A program made the translations under genes and the position numbers. 64,000 nt of DNA, from assembly GCF_035492435.1 (NCBI RefSeq), contig NZ_DATJJF010000094.1:18576-82575 (forward strand), given 5' to 3'. Of this stretch, positions 59,165 through 64,000 are shown in pieces. Source of the stretch: Trinickia sp. (GTDB lineage: Bacteria; Pseudomonadota; Gammaproteobacteria; Burkholderiales; Burkholderiaceae). The notes below the pieces were generated by a model. It made no database searches and had not been told where the DNA came from. It saw nothing but the letters and a program-made list of their open reading frames with translations. How positions within the stretch are numbered: position 1 is the stretch's first letter; each line of letters starts with the position of its first letter.

Positions 59165-60631
59165 ATGAACATCATCGAACCCGGCATCCGCAATCTCGTC
59201 ACGGCAAAAGACGCACTGCTCACCCCCTACGGCCTTGACGAAGCGCTACTTGCCCGCACGCTCGCCGACATCTTCACGCACCGCGTCGACTACGCGGACC
59301 TGTACTTCCAGGCAACGCGCAGCGAAGCGTGGAGCCTCGAGGAAGGCATCGTCAAATCAGGCAGCTTCAGCATCGACCAAGGTGTCGGGGTGCGCGCCGT
59401 CGCGGGTGACCGGACGGCGTTTGCCTACTCCGACGATCTTTCCCCCGAGGCGCTGCGCCAGGCGGCGGAGGCCACGCGCTCGATCGCCAAGGCGGGCGGC
59501 GGCAAGCAAAAGATCAAAGTGGCGAGCGTGCTCAAGGGCGTGGGCGGACGCGATCTTTATCTGCCGGCTGACCCGCTCGCTTCGCTCGACGCAACAGCGA
59601 AAGTGAAGCTGCTCGAGCGGGTCGAGCAAATGGCGCGCGGCCGCGATCCGCGCATCACGCAGGTCATGGCGGGCTTGGCCGGCGAGTACGACATCGTGCT
59701 CGTCGCGCGCAGCGACGGTGCGCTTGCCGCCGATGTACGGCCGCTCGTGCGCGTCTCGGTGACGGTCATCGCCGAGCAAAACGGGCGGCGCGAGATCGGC
59801 TCGGGCGGCGGCGGCGGCCGCTTCGACTATGGCTACTTCACCGACGAAGTGCTCGCGCGCTATGTCGACGACGCCGTGAAAGCGGCGCTCGTCAACCTCG
59901 ATTCGCGGCCCGCGCCGGCCGGTACGATGACGGTCGTGCTCGGGCCGGGCTGGCCCGGCGTGTTGCTGCACGAAGCCATCGGCCACGGCCTCGAAGGCGA
60001 TTTCAACCGCAAGGGATCCTCGGCATTCGCCGGACGCATCGGCGAGCGCGTCGCGGCCAAGGGCGTGACGGTCGTTGACGACGGCACGTTGCCGAACCGG
60101 CGCGGCTCGCTCAACATCGACGACGAAGGCAATCCGACGCAATGCACGACGCTGATCGAGGACGGCGTGCTGAAGGGATACCTGCAGGATTCGCTCAACG
60201 CGCGCCTCATGAAGATGCCGGTGACGGGCAATGCCCGCCGCGAATCGTATGCCGCGCTGCCGATGCCCCGCATGACGAACACCTACATGCTCAACGGTGA
60301 CAAGGATCCGGCCGAGATCATCGCCTCGGTGAAGAACGGCCTTTATGCGGTCAATTTCGGCGGTGGGCAGGTCGACATCCCGAACGGCAAGTTCGTGTTC
60401 TCGGCCTCCGAGGCCTACATGATCGAAAACGGCAAGGTGACCTACCCCGTCAAGGGCGCGACGCTCATCGGCAGCGGCCCCGAGTCGCTCAAATACGTGA
60501 CGATGATCGGCAATGACATGTCACTCGATACGGGCGTCGGCGTCTGCGGCAAAGAGGGCCAGAGTGTGCCGGTCGGCGTCGGTCAACCGACGCTGAGGAT
60601 CGAAAAGATGACGGTGGGCGGCACGGTGTAA
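59165..60631 (+). CDS. tldD: Metalloprotease TldD
   Basis: Track ORF trimmed to the ATG at 59165 ([10 protein letters not shown]...). Contains [11 protein letters not shown] (zinc motif), RRESY and [12 protein letters not shown]. Confidence 0.93.
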   Translation: MNIIEPGIRNLVTAKDALLTPYGLDEALLARTLADIFTHRVDYADLYFQATRSEAWSLEEGIVKSGSFSIDQGVGVRAVAGDRTAFAYSDDLSPEALRQAAEATRSIAKAGGGKQKIKVASVLKGVGGRDLYLPADPLASLDATAKVKLLERVEQMARGRDPRITQVMAGLAGEYDIVLVARSDGALAADVRPLVRVSVTVIAEQNGRREIGSGGGGGRFDYGYFTDEVLARYVDDAVKAALVNLDSRPAPAGTMTVVLGPGWPGVLLHEAIGHGLEGDFNRKGSSAFAGRIGERVAAKGVTVVDDGTLPNRRGSLNIDDEGNPTQCTTLIEDGVLKGYLQDSLNARLMKMPVTGNARRESYAALPMPRMTNTYMLNGDKDPAEIIASVKNGLYAVNFGGGQVDIPNGKFVFSASEAYMIENGKVTYPVKGATLIGSGPESLKYVTMIGNDMSLDTGVGVCGKEGQSVPVGVGQPTLRIEKMTVGGTV

Positions 60632-60751
60632 CGCTGGGCCGCACGCGCGGAGGCGCCCGAAATCTGCACGAGGGACGAGGGCGCGTCACGCAAGACATCC
60701 GCATCATTCGATGTTTTTGTGCGGCCATTTCGCATTTTTTGGATGGGCGAC

Positions 60752-60780
60752 TTGTCAGTCGTGCCTGATCGAGGTATAAA
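60752..60780 (+). promoter_or_regulatory. Sigma-70-like promoter for the aroG leader transcript
   Basis: TTGTCA-17 nt-TATAAA, matching 5/6 positions in each hexamer with optimal spacing. It lies about 20 nt upstream of the leader ORF. Confidence 0.6.
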
Positions 60781-60798
60781 GCGATATACCATTTCCTG

Positions 60799-60885
60799 AT
60801 GCGAATCACCACTGCCATGTCCACGAAGTTTTATTTTTACTTCTTTTGGCATCTCAGTCCGCCGGCGGATCGAGAGGGGTGTTAG
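60799..60885 (+). CDS. Candidate aromatic-amino-acid leader peptide (MRITTAMSTKFYFYFFWHLSPPADREGC)
   Basis: The codons atg cga atc acc act gcc atg tcc acg aag TTT TAT TTT TAC TTC TTT TGG cat ctc agt ccg ccg gcg gat cga gag ggg tgt tag were read directly. Seven consecutive Phe/Tyr/Trp codons occur. An alternative start is the ATG at 60817. No obvious Shine-Dalgarno sequence. The ORF is too short for the supplied track. Confidence 0.6.
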   Translation: MRITTAMSTKFYFYFFWHLSPPADREGC

Positions 60886-60912
60886 CGCGTTGAGCGAACC
60901 CGAATTCCGAAG

Positions 60913-60943
60913 AAACCGCCGGCAAAGCCCGGCGGTTTTTTTT
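60913..60943 (+). terminator. Intrinsic terminator (attenuator) between the leader peptide and aroG
   Basis: AAACCGCCGG-CAAAGC-CCGGCGGTTT followed by TTTTT: a 10-bp stem with 7 G-C pairs and a run of 8 T in total. It lies 85 nt upstream of the aroG ATG and about 280 nt downstream of the tldD stop. Confidence 0.75.
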
Positions 60944-61027
60944 CGCCTGCGGCTGTCGACAATGCCCTCAGTGGCCAACGCGGCCCATGCCACGAAGCCG
61001 TACTGAATCGATATGGAGAAACGCAGC

Positions 61028-62101
61028 ATGCCCCCGCACAATACGGACGATGTCCGCATCCGCGAATTGAAAGAGCTGATTCCACCCGCCCATCTGATCC
61101 GCGAGTTTCCGTGCACGGAAGCGATGTCGGACCTTATCTTCAACGCACGCCAGTCGCTGCACCGGATTCTGCATGGCATGGAAGACCGGCTCATCGTCAT
61201 CATCGGCCCCTGCTCGATCCACGATCCCAAGGCGGCGCTCGAGTATGCGGGCCGGCTCGTCGAGCAGCGAAAGCGCTTCGCGGGCGAGCTCGAGATCGTG
61301 ATGCGGGTCTACTTCGAAAAACCGCGGACGACCGTCGGCTGGAAGGGACTCATCAACGATCCTCATCTCGACAACAGCTTCAAGATCAACGACGGCCTGC
61401 GCGCGGCGCGCGAACTGCTCGTCGGCATCAACGAGCTCGGTCTGCCGGCCGGCACTGAGTTCCTCGACATGATCAGCCCGCAGTACATCGCCGATCTCGT
61501 CTCGTGGGGCGCCATCGGCGCGCGGACAACCGAATCGCAAGTGCACCGCGAGCTCGCGTCAGGCTTGTCGTGCCCGGTGGGCTTCAAGAACGGGACGGAC
61601 GGCAACGTCAAGATCGCCGTCGATGCCATCAAGGCCGCGTCGCAGCCGCATCATTTCCTTTCGGTGACCAAGGGCGGACATTCGGCGATCGTCTCAACCG
61701 CCGGCAACGAAGACTGCCACGTGATTCTGCGCGGCGGTACGCAGCCGAACTACGATGCCGAAAGCGTCAATGCGGCGTGTTCCGCCGTGGGCAAGGCAGG
61801 ACTCGCCGCGCGGCTCATGATCGACGCGAGCCATGCGAACAGCTCCAAGAAGCATGAGAACCAGATTCCGGTGTGTGCCGATATCGGGCGGCAAATCGCC
61901 GGCGGCGACGAGCGCATCGTGGGCGTCATGGTGGAGTCGCATCTGAACGCGGGACGCCAGGACTTGCAGGAAGGCTGCGCGCTGAACTACGGGCAAAGCA
62001 TTACCGACGCCTGCATCGGCTGGGATGACAGTATTGGCCTGCTTGAGGGTCTCGCGCAAAGCGTGAAACAGCGTCGTGTCGCGCGGGGTAGTGGCAATTA
62101 A
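61028..62101 (+). CDS. aroG: Class I 3-deoxy-7-phosphoheptulonate (DAHP) synthase, AroG-like
   Basis: Long blocks are identical to E. coli AroG as remembered (IVMRVYFEKPRTTVGWKGLINDPH; GARTTESQVHRELASGLSCPVGFKNGTDG; SITDACIGW). The ATG at 61028 is preferred over 61013 because GGAG lies 9 nt upstream and the N-terminus then aligns with AroG (MPPHNTDDVRIRELKEL). Confidence 0.93.
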   Translation: MPPHNTDDVRIRELKELIPPAHLIREFPCTEAMSDLIFNARQSLHRILHGMEDRLIVIIGPCSIHDPKAALEYAGRLVEQRKRFAGELEIVMRVYFEKPRTTVGWKGLINDPHLDNSFKINDGLRAARELLVGINELGLPAGTEFLDMISPQYIADLVSWGAIGARTTESQVHRELASGLSCPVGFKNGTDGNVKIAVDAIKAASQPHHFLSVTKGGHSAIVSTAGNEDCHVILRGGTQPNYDAESVNAACSAVGKAGLAARLMIDASHANSSKKHENQIPVCADIGRQIAGGDERIVGVMVESHLNAGRQDLQEGCALNYGQSITDACIGWDDSIGLLEGLAQSVKQRRVARGSGN

Positions 62102-62223
62102 CAGGTAGCGCATCGAACTGGAGTTGGCCCGGCGCTGGCGTATTGATGGCTATTCCGGGCCTTTCTTGTTGTTGCGGTACTGCTTTGCGATTTCGCGGGC
62201 GGGTGCAGTTTGTCCCGACTCAT
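62098..62223 (-). pseudogene. Probable remnant of the HEPN (DUF86) toxin gene partnered with the upstream MNT gene
   Basis: A 41-codon ORF (MSRDKLHPPAKSQ...) starts in an ATGA overlap with the MNT stop, which is the usual MNT-HEPN junction. It is far shorter than the ~110-130 aa expected, lacks an Rx4-6H motif, and runs into the aroG stop codon. A shifted frame reads APAREIAKQYRNNK, weakly DUF86-like. Confidence 0.35.
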
Positions 62224-62510
62224 ACCGACACCGCCTCATTAATTACTGTCGCCCGGCAAGAGACGGGCAACGCCTTCGGCGTCAAAACGTCCACATTAAT
62301 ACCGAGAAGACGCGCCAAGGCGGCTTGAATGATGCCGGTATCGAGCAAGGAGGTGTCAAGGGTCGGATCGACAAGAGTGTCTAGGTCGCTGCCATCCCGA
62401 TCCTCACCTCGCGTAACTGAGCCAAAGACACGCGGGTTCGTCGCCCTGTTGGAAGCAACGATCCTGCGAATCTCTGCGCGGTGGCGACTTAACACTTCGG
62501 ATGGCTTCAC
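62220..62510 (-). CDS. Nucleotidyltransferase-domain protein (MNT-type antitoxin of HEPN-MNT modules)
   Basis: 96 aa. FGSVTRGEDRDGSDLDTLVD is the minimal-nucleotidyltransferase GS...D.D motif. Confidence 0.8.
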   Translation of the reverse strand: MKPSEVLSRHRAEIRRIVASNRATNPRVFGSVTRGEDRDGSDLDTLVDPTLDTSLLDTGIIQAALARLLGINVDVLTPKALPVSCRATVINEAVSV

Positions 62511-62662
62511 GGACTTCGCCTGAATTTGGCTCTATTTCGGTACGCCCTGTGCACCATGTCAAGCACGTTTTACAACGGCGTTTTTTCTCAATCAGCCGGA
62601 CGAATCGAAGCACGAGCGAGGCCCAGCAACGCCCGCTGATCCCATGCGTATCTGGCATCCGA

Positions 62663-63214
62663 TCAAAGCCGTCGCCCGCGCTGCCAGAGCACGTCGGCCC
62701 CGCCCCCTGCGCGATTGAGCACGCGCGCGAGGACAAAAAGCAAGTCGGACAGGCGGTTGACGTATTGGCGCGGCGTGGCCTCGAGCGCTTGTTGGTGCCC
62801 CAATGCCACGATGGACCGTTCGGCGCGGCGGCACACGGTGCGGCAGACATGGGCCAACGCCGCCGCACGGGTGCCGCCCGGCAGGATGAATTCCGCAAGT
62901 GGGGGCAAATCGGCGTTGTAATGGGCGAGCCACTCGTCGATTCGCGCGAGATGTGCGTCGCCGATCATCGTTCGGCCCGGCATGCAAAGCTCGCTGCCAA
63001 GATCGAACAGATCGTGCTGCACGACGGTAAGGGCCTCGCTGACATCGTCGGGCAGGCTTTCGCACAGCAGTAAGCCAATCTGCGAGTTCAGTTCGTCAAC
63101 CTCACCTATCGCGGCGATTCGCACATCGTCCTTGCGCACGCGGCTGCCGTCACCGAGGCCGGTCGTGCCCTCATCGCCGGTACGCGTTGCGATTTTGCTC
63201 AAGCGGTGGCCCAT
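62663..63214 (-). CDS. PduO-type ATP:cob(I)alamin adenosyltransferase
   Basis: 183 aa. The N-terminal KIATRTGDEGTTGLGDGSRV matches the TRTGD.G.T motif. Also contains FILPGG and ARTVCRRAER-like CRTVCRRAER. Confidence 0.88.
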   Translation of the reverse strand: MGHRLSKIATRTGDEGTTGLGDGSRVRKDDVRIAAIGEVDELNSQIGLLLCESLPDDVSEALTVVQHDLFDLGSELCMPGRTMIGDAHLARIDEWLAHYNADLPPLAEFILPGGTRAAALAHVCRTVCRRAERSIVALGHQQALEATPRQYVNRLSDLLFVLARVLNRAGGGADVLWQRGRRL

Positions 63215-63736
63215 TGTGTTGTCCTCATTTCGTTCATCCGGCTGTGCGGCAGTTGGCTCGAAAGATCAAAGGCTCAAAAGCTCGCCGGTTTACCGACGCT
63301 AGCCGAAGGATCGGCGTTCCGGCTCAACTGCAATGCAATGCACCGCACCGCAGCACTCTGAAATTATAGAAGCCCCCTCGCCCGCCAGCGGCCACCGCCG
63401 ATCGAGCCACCGATAGACGAAAGCCGCAGGCCCGCCGACGCTTTGCGCTGATCCTTTGCGCCGGGCTTTGCGCCCGTTCGCGGCGTCGGATATCAGCGCT
63501 AGAATAAAGCTGCTTCTCAATGGCATGAGGCCATCGGCCCGGCATATTGCTCACCGAACCCGATCATCCGCACGCGCTGTCCTCGTCGCCCACACGCGCT
63601 TGGCGCTAAAGCCGTCGACGGAATGCGCGAGTAGGACGCTGCGCTCGGTAGCGCAACCCGACTCCGGGCGCGATCTTTTCCTATACTGCGCCAAGCAAGC
63701 ATCATCGACGCATGACGGGCACCTGAGGAGACAGCG

Positions 63737-64000
63737 ATGCAAGCCGTTGCCCAAGACAACGAAGCGACTGACCAAGCAACGCGCGCCCGGCTTCGCGCCG
63801 ATCGCCAGCGCGAAGTCGTACAGGCGCTGATGGCGACACTGCCCGCCCAGTGTCTGCTTCATCGCGACGAAGACACCGCGCCCTACGAATGCGACGGCAT
63901 GAGCGCCTACCGGCAACTGCCCCTCGCCGTCGCGCTGCCTGAGACGGAATCGCAAGTGCAGCGGATCGTACAGATCTGCCGGCGCCTGGGCGTGCCCATC
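63737..64000 (+). CDS. glcD: Glycolate oxidase subunit GlcD / FAD-linked oxidase (N-terminal fragment, runs off the window end)
   Basis: The ATG at 63737 follows GAGGAG. MQAVAQDNEATDQ...TAPYECDGMSAYRQLPLAVALPETESQVQRIVQICRRLGVPI matches the GlcD N-terminus and the start of the FAD-binding domain. Confidence 0.75.
   Translation, partial: MQAVAQDNEATDQATRARLRADRQREVVQALMATLPAQCLLHRDEDTAPYECDGMSAYRQLPLAVALPETESQVQRIVQICRRLGVPI

Noticed and set aside
60583-61230. 215-aa minus-strand ORF spanning the tldD-aroG spacer, and the 192-aa ORF at 60968..61546.
   Set aside because: They overlap the aroG coding start and the leader region in antisense and have no family signature. The plus-strand promoter, leader ORF and terminator explain the region better.
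63215-63736. Cobalamin riboswitch or a hidden gene in the 520-bp spacer between the adenosyltransferase gene and glcD.
   Set aside because: I found no B12-box-like element (for example GCCACTG in the right context) on the relevant strand. The track ORFs here (63299..63526, 63324..63554, 63456..63830) are Arg/Ala-rich with no motifs. Left unassigned.
1-64000. CRISPR arrays, tRNA/rRNA genes, IS elements, integrases, phage genes, or multi-gene defense systems beyond the two toxin-antitoxin loci.
   Set aside because: I found no spaced direct-repeat arrays, no cloverleaf-like conserved tRNA segments, and no transposase, integrase or recombinase signatures in any frame of the track. The window is essentially core chromosome with two tiny accessory islets.

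Overview
GC-rich chromosomal segment whose gene content and order look like a Burkholderiaceae-type beta-proteobacterium (taxon is inference). It is mostly core housekeeping DNA. Left to right: a urea/short-chain-amide ABC transporter (urtEDCBA-like, minus strand) divergent from an amiC-amiR (ANTAR antiterminator) pair; a DUF4148 protein; an RND efflux operon in the unusual order pump-adaptor-outer membrane factor; a CusRS/IrlRS-type two-component system; small stress and accessory genes (MBL-fold hydrolase, GNAT, phasin, DUF892, ThiE-like, DedA); mutL-miaA; a yefM-yoeB toxin-antitoxin islet; purM, an AI-2E transporter, hda, a HAD hydrolase, pcnB, folK, a deoxynucleoside kinase, panB, a pabB-pabC fusion; the heat-shock block dnaJ-dnaK-grpE-hslR-hemH-hrcA; nadK-recN; a paoABC-like periplasmic aldehyde oxidoreductase; glnE; yhdP, a C-N hydrolase, tldD; an aroG-type DAHP synthase; an orphan MNT antitoxin with a decayed HEPN partner; a PduO-type adenosyltransferase; and the start of glcD. 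I saw no rRNA, tRNA, CRISPR array, IS element or defense island. The most interesting signals are regulatory. First, a short leader ORF with seven consecutive aromatic codons (FYFYFFW), a promoter and an intrinsic terminator sit directly upstream of aroG, suggesting a ribosome-mediated attenuator. Second, a consensus sigma-54 promoter and a leader terminator lie upstream of urtA, next to amiC-amiR. A consensus sigma-32 promoter precedes grpE. All calls come from reading the sequence and from remembered family signatures; no searches were run.
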